A stretch of DNA of 62,448 nucleotides, the filler included, from Ionaspis alba (Eukaryota): the NCBI GenBank assembly GCA_964255285.1. It is 4 parts of 4 records of this genome, joined end to end, with 100 filler letters (N's around TTAATTAATTAA, not from the genome) between each part and the next. Parts side by side here need not be neighbours in the genome. Positions count along the whole stretch, not along the records: positions 46,923 to 62,448 come from CAXUUL010000375.1; 3 more parts are not named here. The stretch is one strand, 5' to 3'. Below are positions 50,323-61,424 of the stretch, in pieces (positions within the stretch are counted from its first letter, which is position 1; each line of letters opens with the position of its first letter). Under the pieces are notes generated by a model, which had not been told where the DNA came from, searched no databases, and worked only from the letters and a program-made list of their open reading frames with translations. Position numbers and translations under genes: made by a program.

Positions 50323-51077
50323 TCACCAATCACAGCTCTGCGCAAGCAAATGAGCCAACTCCTCAAGGGCTTTATGGTCCTCGGCATCGAAGCCATTCTT
50401 GACAGCGCAATCAATATCAATAATTGCCACAACCTTCCCATTCCTCACAATCGGTACCACGATTTCACTTTTCGAATCACCATCACATGCAATGTGTCCC
50501 GGATATGTTTCTACGTCCGCCACGAGCTGTGTTTCCACCGTCGCTGCTGCGGTGCCACAAACACCTTTCCCGAAGGCAATCGTCTGGCAGGCAACCTTAC
50601 CTTGGAATGGACCGAGGATTAGTTGAGCGGTTTGCTTTTGGTCCAAGACGTAGAAACCTGCCTTCGTGTGAGCCAAGATTGTCTGATCGATAGCGAGCAG
50701 ATAACGGCGTGAGGAATACCAGCCCAGTTGACCTCACTTGAAGGAGAAGGTAGCGACTTGTAGGCATGCCATAATAGCGAGGCTGTATTAGCCAGATTAC
50801 TACGTAGCATTAGTAAACCGCACAACAACCAAAGGGAGGAAGCTCCGTACCAGACCTTGGGCGCGCTTCAATCAGCCCAGTCCATCAAAGCGCATTTGGG
50901 GCTGCTTCTATGTACCCAGTTCCTCTGGCCCTCGAACAGCGCCGTAGCTTCCTCGATCACTTGGGAATAAGCCACGTTCTTGGAGATATTCGCCGCAAAG
51001 ATCGTGGCGTCGGCGTGTACCTGGGTTCTTATTTAGTGATACGCTCACTGGTAGATCGCATTGGGGCCTGGTACCAT
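50323..51077 (-). CDS. GAF-domain free methionine-R-sulfoxide reductase (fRMsr/MsrC, YKL069W-like); five exons
   Basis: M|VHADA..GQRNW|VC|NLANTASLLW..VNWAG|FYV, LGPFQGKVACQTIAFGKGVCGTAA, GHIACDGDSKSEIVVP. Confidence 0.93.
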
Positions 51078-51371
51078 GATTGCAGCCTTATGCGACTTGG
51101 ATGCAAGATGCAGAATATTGATTATTCGAGATGCTAGCTGATGAGTGGAATGACGCTACTGCAAGACGGAGCCCGCACGGCCGGTATTCGGAACCTCGCT
51201 TGATCGGTCGCGCCGAGTGAGAGGGGGAGACCAGGGCCAATCTTGGCAAGAGTTATCCGCAATATCAGATGGATTCTGCAACGCAATCTTCGAGCTGCCA
51301 GCATTGATAGAAGGTAAAAGTTTCATAGCATTGCTCTTTGTGCAATCATCCAGAAGAAATAGAAGTACATC

Positions 51372-52275
51372 ATGATTTGCAAGGACTGTGTCACAGGTTC
51401 GGTCCATGAAGGCCACACAGAAGGCCGGGAAGAAACACTCTTCGGTCTTCCCTTATATGTCGTGGATCCGCCTGAGGGACAAGAAGTCAAAGCGATCATC
51501 GTCATCATACCAGACGCCTTTGGTTGGAGATTCATCAATTTGAGATTGTTAGCCGACAGCTATGCCAGAAAGACGAGTGCTCGAGTTTATATACCGGAGT
51601 TCATGAACGGCAACGGAATTGCGCCTGAGTATATGAACACTATGGACTATGCATTCAAGCCAGCTGGTTCGTTCATGGGAGCTTTGATGAAAGTGTCAGT
51701 GGAAGGTCTGCCACGCCGTCCATGATTCCATCTAATTGACCGGCAGCCCTACGTTCCTGACCGTTGCTCGGGTCATGGTGCCCTTCCTATACCTCAATCG
51801 AATCGCAGCGACTCGTCCTCGTGTCTTCAAGTTCTTCAACGATCTCCGGGCTAGCGAGGAGGGAATGCGATTGCCTATTGGTGTGGCGGGGTTCTGTTGG
51901 GGTGGTTTGTATACCGTCCTTCTGTGTCACGGCGCAGAAAAGGTGAACGGCAAGACTCTAGTCGACTTTGGATATACGGCACATCCGAGTAACTTGACGA
52001 TGCCAGGAGATATGGAGGGCGTGGGATTGCCTCTGAGTATTATCATCGGTGACAAAGACTTCGTTATGCCAGCACCACAGGTGGAACAGGCTCAAAGGAT
52101 TCTGAACAAGAAAGACCAGTCGGGAAAATATGAGGTGACCGTTATACCAGGTGCTAGACATGGTTTTGCAACCAGAGGAGATCTTAAAAATGAACCCGAG
52201 GAACAACAGGCTAAACAGGCTGAGGAGCAAGCTGTGGCTTTTTTCTCGAAGTGGATTAGCAAGGCCGGACAGTAG
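51372..52275 (+). CDS. Dienelactone hydrolase family alpha/beta hydrolase; one intron
   Basis: CKDCVTGSVHEG, IIPDAFGW, LLADSYA, GFCWGG nucleophile, AHPS, GDKD, ARHGFA. Confidence 0.92.
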
Positions 52276-53401
52276 CATTTAGGAACTAGGCAGCTAAGGA
52301 CCGGGAGACTTTGGTGTGCTTGCTGTTCTTCTCGGGTATGGGTGTTACTTGTCACATGCTGGAGTCCTGACAACGAGACTGACGAGCGGGATGTGCATGT
52401 CGTAATGATTATCGCCACTGTTCAATGGTTTTCACACACGATATGTATTCAGTAAAAACTTCTACCGCTTTATAAACACCATTCAATCACTTCGCAAGGT
52501 TTTGCCACTGTGATCGACTATGAAGGGACTTTCTTGGAAGTCCACTGAGAGATTGGGACCGCTGAAAATGGTTCCAACAGCACGCTAGATAGATCGTTGG
52601 ACGTGCCATAAAACAGGAACGATAACGAGCCAGACGACAATGGCGCATCACGTGTCGAAAATCATAAAACAATGAACAGCATGGTGGATGCTGTGGCGGC
52701 ACTTAGCCCGTAGTCTTGGTCTTGAAGGATGGAAGCAGGAACGGGTGGGATGATTTGGCGGGATCCTCTTGACGAAGGAGTATTAAGGTATTACTCCTCT
52801 GGAACATAGGAGCAGCAACCGCCGGGTCATCGTTCAGACACAAATAGTTGCTGACACGAACGTTGTCCAGAGAGCCTGCACAGCAACCACATGATCATCC
52901 GAGCGAGACGAGCCGTGGACAAATCATGCAAGAATAATGCAAAGCTACTCCGCGTGCAGGTCGCGCAAAACCATGCCTTGGCGGTGTTTGGGCAGGGTGT
53001 CGGTGGTCTCTTGCTGGCTGCTGGGCGGGTCTCCTCCACTCCCTTAATCTTTCTTTAGAGTGGCCAAAACACGCCAAAAACTGTCGATCTCCTTGTCGAG
53101 TCGTCTCTCGCTCATCCCTTCCCAGATTGATTATCTCCCGCTTGGCACTAGCCCCCTATTCCCGGCGCCACTGGTCATTTAGGAGGGAAGGACAATCAAC
53201 AATCTCTTTTCTTCACCAACTTCTAATCAACGCTTTTTCATCTTTCGTGCTTGACACTCGCTGACTTACTTTACTCTACCATTGTAATTCTTCATTCGAC
53301 CAATTTGTCCCCCGCTCTTTTGGGACTTTTTCTTCTGTCGAGCTCTTGTTTTTCCAATTGCCAGCTTTTTTCACTTTTATCGTAACAGTGAAACCGTCAA
53401 C

Positions 53402-54859
53402 ATGAAAGGCTTCAGCACCATTGCCTCCTTGGCCGTTGGTGCCACTACTGCTTTAGCAGCAATCACACCCAGAGCAAACCTGCCAGCAATATCTGTGAAG
53501 GGCAATGCATTCTTCGCAGGCAATGATCGGTTCTACATTCGGGGCGTTGACTACCAACCAGGTGACTGTTTATGTCCCATCTGGTGGTTAATTCCTCAGT
53601 ACTGACACACGCGACCTAGGTGGATCATCAAAGAACGCAGATCCTATTGCAGACGAAACCGGGTGTAAGAGAGACATCGCAGAATTCAAGAAACTAGGAA
53701 TCAACACCATTCGGATCTACTCTGTAGATAACTCCGTCAACCACGATGCTTGCATGAATGCTTTGGCAGATGCCGGCATCTACCTCATTCTCGACGTCAA
53801 CAGCCCTCTCTATTCCATCAACCGACAAGACCCAGCTCCATCATACAACCCAACTTACTTGCAAAGCATCTTTGCTACCATCGATGCCTTCCAGAAATAC
53901 TCCAATACCCTTGCTTTCTTCTCTGGCAATGAGGTCATCAACGAGACTACTGCTTCGACTGTCGCCGCACCATACATTAAGGCTGTCACTCGTGACATGA
54001 AGCAATACATCGGCAACCGCAACTACCGTAAGATTCCCGTCGGATACTCTGCTGCCGATGTCACTTCCAACCGCTATGAGACCGCTCAATTTATGAACTG
54101 TGGTACCGACGACGAGCGAAGTGATTTCTTCGCCTTCAACGACTACTCGTGGTGTGATCCTTCGTCCTACCAGACTTCCGGCTGGGACCAAAAAGTCGCC
54201 CTATTCAGCAACTACAGTCTACCGCTCTTGTGAGAACCACTTTTCTATGCCACTTCAAATCACTATACTAACAGCAATCTCCTAGCCTTTCCGAGTATGG
54301 CTGCAACAAGAACGTCCGCAAATTCGAAGAAGTGAAATCTCTCTACAGCACCGACATGACCCCCGTTTACTCCGGCGGTCTCGTCTACGAATACAGCCAA
54401 GAAGAATCCATGTACGGCCTCGTCAACCTCGGCAGCACCGTCAGCGAGCGCCCCGATTTTGCGGCCCTCATGCAGGCCCTTAAGGACACCCCCGTCCCCA
54501 CTGGTGACGGTGGCTACAAGAAGGACGGTCAGAAGAGCGACTGCCCACCCCAATCCGCCACCTGGCTTCCTGGCAACGACAACCTCCCTGCTATCCCAGA
54601 TGGTGCCGTGAAGTATATGACCGACGGTGCTGGGAAGGGTCCTGGTCTCAAGGGCAACAATGGTGCTGGTTCACAAAATGCTGGAGGTGCAAGCACGGCC
54701 ACTGCGACTGCTGGATCCGGAAAGCCTACTACTACTGGCAGTTCCAGCAGTTCCAGCGGAGCCGCGTCGTCTGTCAAGATCCCAGCTTTCTCCGTCGCCC
54801 CGCTTGCGTGTGGCCTGGTTGTTGTGTTGTCCTCTATGATCGGGGCGTCCTTGTTGTAG
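53402..54859 (+). CDS. gel1: GPI-anchored 1,3-beta-glucanosyltransferase, GH72 without CBM43 (Gel1/Gas5 type); two introns
   Basis: Signal peptide; RFYIRGVDYQPG, LGINTIRIYSVDN, FSGNEVIN, FNDYSWC, LSEYGC, YSGGLVYEYSQE; Ser-rich omega region and hydrophobic tail. Confidence 0.93.
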
Positions 54860-55419
54860 ACGGGTGGTGCAAAGCAAAAAGAAAGTTTGATTGGATGAGC
54901 ACGTCATTTGCGACCTTGGGAGTTTGTCGAGCGAGAACGCTGTTTAGCGTTCGTCGTAGATTCGTTTTCGATGTCATAAATGTATAGTGTTTTTTAATAC
55001 ATTAGGCATAGAATGTTCATTCCATTGACAGCATCACATCGTGCGCTCTTGCTTGATATGTGGCCTATGACAGCGGTTCTTGCTTGATCGCCCTAGATTT
55101 AGGCAATGCTTTGCCCTGGTGTCAGCCAAACGCGTGCTGTAGCTATTTGTAATTGGATATCTTCAGTGATAAATTTCCGGCGTCTACAGCCCATGTGCAC
55201 ACAATTGCTTTAGGGAGTCAATAACTCAACTGTACACATTGTCAGCAGCCATGTCCATTTTACCAGTTCTTCCTGTCTGGTTACAACAGTCAAACTACCC
55301 ACACCTGCTTCGGGGATTCGATTCGGCATTGCCTACCTATCCGAGGATGCCGACATGGTGGAGATGAGCAGAAGATCAGGCAGAGAAATAAACTATTGTG
55401 CGTTGCGAAAAGCTTTATA

Positions 55420-56447
55420 TCATCTATTTTGCTCCTTGTTGAACTTGTCGACAACCTCCCTCGTCGTCTGGATAATCTCGACACAACCAGGCGAATCCGA
55501 ATGACAGCATATCGATATCGGATAGTCCTTGACCGGTAAATGTATCGTGCTTCCGTCCGTCGCCGTTACTGACTCCGTCATCACTTGTTGCGTAACATGC
55601 TTCTCCACATCTTCTTTCTTCCAAGGCCTACCGACACGAATCATCAGTACTGAAAGCCAACTCCCTCTGAGGGCACTTCCACCTACTTCTTCTTCCGATC
55701 TATCACCAGNNNNNNNNNNNNNNNNNNNNNNNNNNNNNNNNNNNNNNNNNNNNNNNNNNNNNNNNNNNNNNNNNNNNNNNNNNNNNNNNNNNNNNNNNNN
55801 NNNNNNNNNAGCCAACTCCCTCTGAGGGCACTTCCACCTACTTCTTCTTCCGATCTATCACCAGCATCCCATCCTTACTATATTTCACATCCCCATACAT
55901 CTCCGCCCAGAACTCCACGCCTAAGTCATTCGCCGCCCTCTCCATCTCCGTCCCTGCCAGTCCATACACCGGCACTCCCTTCGGTATGCCCTCCATGACC
56001 GCCTTTGCAACCTCATAGTCCCGACACATCATCCCATAGAGCACTCCATGCGGTTTCACATGATGCAACGGCTCTCCCTCCCGGTCCAGAAATCCTTGCA
56101 GGGCGCCAACCTGGTACACCGTTATGGCCGTCAGCTCTTCGGGAGACAGCTTCATTTCGCGGCGGCCAAAACCTTGGAGGTCAGGGAGGCCCGGGTGCGC
56201 GCCTATAGCGACGGAGTGGGCTTTGCAGAGGCGGACGGTTTGTTGCATTATGAGGGGATCTCTGGGAGAAGAATGAGCAACCAGGCGCCAAAGGCGGGGA
56301 AGCAAGGGCATACGAGGCGTGGAAACCGCAGGCTATGTTGGCGTGGTCGATTAGAGGGAGGAGTTCTTCATCGGGGCCGCAGGACCAATTGCCGTAGGCT
56401 TCGCCCAGGTCGACGTTGATGAGGGCTTTATGCTTGATGGGCGACAT
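55420..56447 (-). CDS. lamB: LamB/YcsF/PxpA family protein (lactam utilisation; 5-oxoprolinase subunit A homologue); two introns, one spanning a gap
   Basis: [61 protein letters not shown]. Confidence 0.93.
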
Positions 56448-56812
56448 GGTTGTGTTTCTCATCCGAAGCGAGGTATTCAGAGTTTTGGATCTTAGGTGTG
56501 TGTGAGGATTGAAGCTATATTATCGGTATGGCCCATTCTAATGATGCGGCTGCTGTCGGTAAATCGCTGGCTCTGACGTAGCCCTCATTGAATGCCGAAG
56601 TTCCCCTCCCATTGCTTATCATTAGGGTCTCATTGAGGACGAGAGGAGATCGTCCCCCCGCATTTGATCCCAGAACCTGGGACGTAGGGGCTTGTGGATC
56701 AATGGCCGGAAAGGGGAAGTGAATGCAGTGGACGAAATGATTGCTAGGTATATGTAGAACCGTCGTCGTCGTGCTGTTATGTATATGCGTACTCTGTGAT
56801 CAGTTGTGTATC
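56448..56812. promoter_or_regulatory. 365-bp bidirectional lamB/lamA promoter with GATA (AreA-type) and SYGGRG (CreA-type) matches
   Basis: Head-to-head ATGs at 56447 and 56813; on the minus strand GATAAT (56519-56524), TGATAAG (56615-56621) and GCGGGG (56656-56661); several CGG/CCG triplets. Confidence 0.55.
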
Positions 56813-59800
56813 ATGGAAAATCTGAAGACGTTGTTGATAGCGAACAGAGGTGCAGTAGTTTTGAGACTGTCAGCTGTAGCTCTTATACTGATATCAACAG
56901 GGGAGATCGCGACTCGAATTATCAAAACCGCGAAGTACGTTTCTTCAAAATGGAAATGAGCAATGGAGCAAATATACCGCTGACGCTCGCACGGTGGTAG
57001 CTCGCTGGAGATACATACTATCGCTATATATACACACGCTGATGCAGCATCCTCCCATGTTGTAGAAGCTAAAGAATCGGTTCTTCTCCCTGGTGGAGAC
57101 GCCAGGGGATATTTAGACGGGTAATATATTTTTGTTTTGTTCCAGCATCTCTCGTCGTTCTAAATAGAATCGAAGAAAAAGAATTTAAAGCAGTCATTTA
57201 TCTTTTTGTTTCAAATTCTAGATTGAGTGCTTTACTCAGTGCGCTTGATTTACTGCTGTTATGACTCCTACGTTTCGATTGACCTGGCATTTCCTAATTG
57301 AGTGTCGGCTAGTGATGGGATTATAAAAATAGCGAAAGAGCGACACGTGCATGCCATCATTCCAGGCTATGGCTTTCTTTCCGAGAACGCCGACTTCGCA
57401 AGATCTGTGGCTGCCGCGGGCATGGTCTTTGTAGGACCAAGTCCGGAGAGTATTGAATCCTTCGGCCTAAAACATACAGCACGAGAGTTGGCTGTCGCGG
57501 CCGGTGTGCCTATCGTTCCAGGAACAAAACAGCTTATCCACAGCGAGGATGAAGCGATCAGCGAAAGTGAGCGCATTGGTTTCCCGGTGATGCTGAAAGC
57601 TACAGCAGGTGGTGGTGGCATGGGTCTTGCTACCTGCCAAAATATCGCCGAAGTCAAGAAGTCGTTCAGTATGGTGAAGTCTCGTGGGGAGAATTTGTTC
57701 AAGAATGCGGGCGTTTTTATAGAACGATACTATCCAGATAGCCACCATATTGAGGTACAAGTCTTTGGTAACGGACTAGGACAAGCAATCCATTTCGGCG
57801 AGAGGGAGTGTAGTATTCAACGGAGGCATCAGAAAGTCATTGAAGAATGTCCCAGTCCATTTGTCACGAGACATCCTGGTGAGCGCCTGTCATTACCACA
57901 GACGATGCTGCATTTTGTATCTGGTACTGACTTCTCCCCTAGAGCTCAGAGAAAAGCTTGGGAAGGCTGCCATTGACCTTGCAAATTCCATCAAATATGG
58001 CAGCGCGGGAACTATAGAGTACTTGGTGGACGATAAGACAGCCGATTTCTTCTTTCTCGAGATGAACACTCGTCTTCAGGTTGAGCATGGAATTACCGAG
58101 CTTTGCTACGACGTTGATCTGGTGGAGATCATGATACAGCAAGCGGATGCTGAATTAGCAGGAAAAGGTGGCATTCCCGCAGCAGATCTGAAAAAGTTGC
58201 AGCCCTCCGAGCCGAAAGGAGCCGCCATAGAATGTCGGGTCTACGCAGAAAATCCGGCAAGAGATTATGCCCCTTCACCGGGCACTCTCCAGATCGTTTC
58301 GTGGAACGAGATCAAAGGTGCGAGGATTGACACCTGGGTGCGTACCGGCACAATTGTCTCTTCCCACTACGACCCGCTATTGGCAAAAGTCATGTATCAC
58401 AGCCCTAAGCGGACGGAAACAATCAAGGGAATGTATAAAATGCTTTCTGGATCACGGATCTGTGGTCCACCAACCAATCTCGACTTTCTCGCGACCATAC
58501 TTGAGAACCGTGATTTTAACGATGGTGTTACGATGACCAAGTTCTTGACCAATTTCAAATATGCACCGGCCGCTATTGATGTCATTGCCGGTGGTGCCTA
58601 CACCCAGGTGCAGGATTACGGAAGGCCGACAATGGGTCGCGGTTTTCCTGTCGGTATGTATGAGGAGATCTCCTCGTTTACATGTGGTGTTTACTAATTA
58701 TCGTCTAGCTGGGCCTATGGATCCGCTTGCCTTCTCGATCGCGAATGTCCTTGTCGGCAACAAGGCTACTATAGAAGGTCTAGAGATTACTCTTAATGGG
58801 CCTGAACTCGCCTTCCTAGGAGAAGCTGTTGTGTCCCTGTGCGGTGCTCCCATGGAATTCACGATTGACGGAAAAGATTGCCCTATGTGGTCAAGAATAA
58901 GGGTGAATGCAGGCCAAAGAATGAAAATTGGAAAGACAACCGGAGGAGGTTGCAGATCTTACCTGGCAGTGCATGGAGGGCTCCCTGGCGTAGCCGAATG
59001 GTTTGGATCGAAGGCTACCTCCCCTGGTGTTGGTGTCGGTGGCTATCAAGGAAGGCAGCTTGCATCTGGAGACCTCCTCACAATCACCAAGGACATCCCC
59101 CCTGGTTTGACCAATCCCCTTAGCCTGCCGCAGAGGCTAATTCCGAAGTACACCAAACATTGGGATCTCTTATCAATGGTCGGCCCGTATGATGATGGCT
59201 ACCTGCTTCCAGAGGACATTGAGATGATTTACAATACCAAATGGGAGGTCTCCCACAATGCAGCTAGAGGTGGTATCCGACTCATCGGACCAAAGCCAAA
59301 ATGGGCACGCAAAGACGGCGGTGAAGGAGGTGCTCATCCTAGCAACGTGGTCGAATATGGATATCCGGTAGGGTCCTTGAATTGGACGGGCGACGACCCG
59401 TGCATTTTCCCTGTCGATTGCCCCGACTTTGGTGGGTTCGTATCCAGCACCACAATCATCAAAGCAGACTTCTGGAGACTCGGCCAAATGAAAGCGGGAG
59501 ACACCATGCAGTACAAGCGCGTCTCCTTGCAAGATGCACTCGCTATGCGCAGGCTTGTAGACAATTTCATCTCCCAGATTACGACAGCATGCTCAGAAGA
59601 GAGCTTCGATGAAATCATGGCACTCGACTATTCAGTGCTGACGACCTCCATAGTATCGGACAAGTCAGCCAAAGCAATAGTTCACAAGATTGATGCCACA
59701 GGGAAGCAGCCTTTGACCTTATATCGACAAGGTGCTGACGACTACCTCCTGGTCGAATATGGTGGTGACCAGCACTTCGATCTGAACCATCGGTGTCGAG

Positions 59801-61025
59801 TCACAGCGCTCACTAAGGCGCTTCGAGATGCAAAAGGTGACATCTCATTCACCAACGGACTGGTAAACTCGGTTGGATGTTGCACCTCACTTCTTATCTC
59901 GTATGACGGCACTAAGATCCCACAAAAAAAGCTGATAGACCACCTCGTCGGTATTGAATCTCAATTGGGTGATTTGAGCAAAGCCAAAGTCCCTAGCAGA
60001 ATGTTCAAATTGCCAATTACTTTCAACAGCCATCGGCAGGAGGCCGCTATCAAACGCTATATGGAAACTCAGCGTCCCTATGCTTCTTATCTGCCAGATA
60101 ATATGGCATTTGTCGCCAAAAACAATGGTCTTGAGCGTAAGGATCTCGAATTTATTCTACTCAACAGCAAACTCATGGCCGTATCCGTTGGGTTCTTTGC
60201 TGCTCTCCCTCTTTGTTTACCCGTCGACCCAAGACAGAGAATGAATTGTCCAAAGGTAGGCTACAAATATCTTGACATACGAGAAGTCTCATTCGTCGTA
60301 CAATACAAAGCTAATACTTACATCAGATGAACCCCTCACGCGTCTTCACTCCTGCGGGTCAGGTTTCGTGGGGTGGATCCTGCATGGCTCTCTACAACGT
60401 CGAGTCTCCGGGTGGTTACCAATTGACTGGTCTCACCATTCCCGGCGTTGACATCCTAGGTTCCAAGAATGGCTATTCGCTTGACCGCCCTTGGCTCTTC
60501 GAAGATTTCGACCAGCTCACCTTCCACGAGGTCTCTGAAGAAGACTACGAGGCTCAGCTCGCCGTTTTCGAAAGCGGTCGATACGAATACAAATGGGAGG
60601 CCTGCGAGTTCGATATGGAGGCGCACAATCGGCTACTAGAGGAGACGAAAGACGAGGTCAAGGCTATTAGAAAGCGCCAGGCAAAGGCACAAAAGGAGAT
60701 GGGAGAGGTCGAAGCAGATCTTATGGCGAAGTGGACGGAGGAGAAAGCTGCAGGAAAGGTGCCAATGGACAAGGTCGAGGCACTATTAAATGATCCTGCG
60801 ATTGGTAAGGTGGAGGCGCCATTGAATGCAAACGTTTGGAAGATTGTTGCGAGTGAAGGTGATGTTGTTGGGAAGGAGACAGTTGTGGCTATTCTGGAGG
60901 CAATGAAGTTAGAGATTACTGTTAGAGCGGAAGATATGGAGGGTGGGAAGATCGAGAAGCTGTTGGTGAGACCGGGGGATGTGGTAAAGGCGGGCGAGCC
61001 GATGGTGCTTGTAAGAAAAGAGTAG
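56813..61025 (+). CDS. lamA: LamA-type urea carboxylase-like biotin enzyme: biotin carboxylase, carboxyltransferase AB and CD subdomains, biotinyl domain; multi-exon
   Basis: LLIANRG|EIA, IIPGYGFLSEN, KATAGGGGMG, ERECSIQRRHQKVIEE, FLEMNTRLQVEHGITE, GPMD, GSKATS, VDCPDFGGF, CPK|MNPSRVFTP, SPGGYQLTG, LEAMKLE; no N-terminal amidase domain. Confidence 0.92.
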
Positions 61026-61424
61026 TAGGATGGAGAGAGGAGATGCACCGTTTTCGGGCCTCGGGATTCGCTAGAACACTAAAGACTTTTAGCGACAGCT
61101 TCACCCTAATTCCCCTAAAAGTGGAAGATTTTAGGTGGCCGAGTGGCCTAGTTCTATCCGACTGGGCACGGCTGGGCGAACACGGCAACAACTGTGCACG
61201 TTCAATCTGACACATATCATTTCAAACACCTCGTCTTCCTCCCGGAGAAGAACTAGCATTCTGGTGATAATAGACTGAGTGTTGGAGGGCACGGAGCCAA
61301 GAGATATGCTAGCTAGGACCATCTTTGTTTGCCTCGTTTTAGTTGTCCTCCCTTGTGTGTGTGCCCAGCATTTAAGTCATCTACAGGTCGACTTCCTTGC
61401 ACTCACTACATGTGCTTGCTAGCT

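Noticed and set aside
56813..61025. Dur1,2 urea amidolyase
   Set aside because: The protein starts directly with the biotin carboxylase domain; there is no amidase (allophanate hydrolase) domain.
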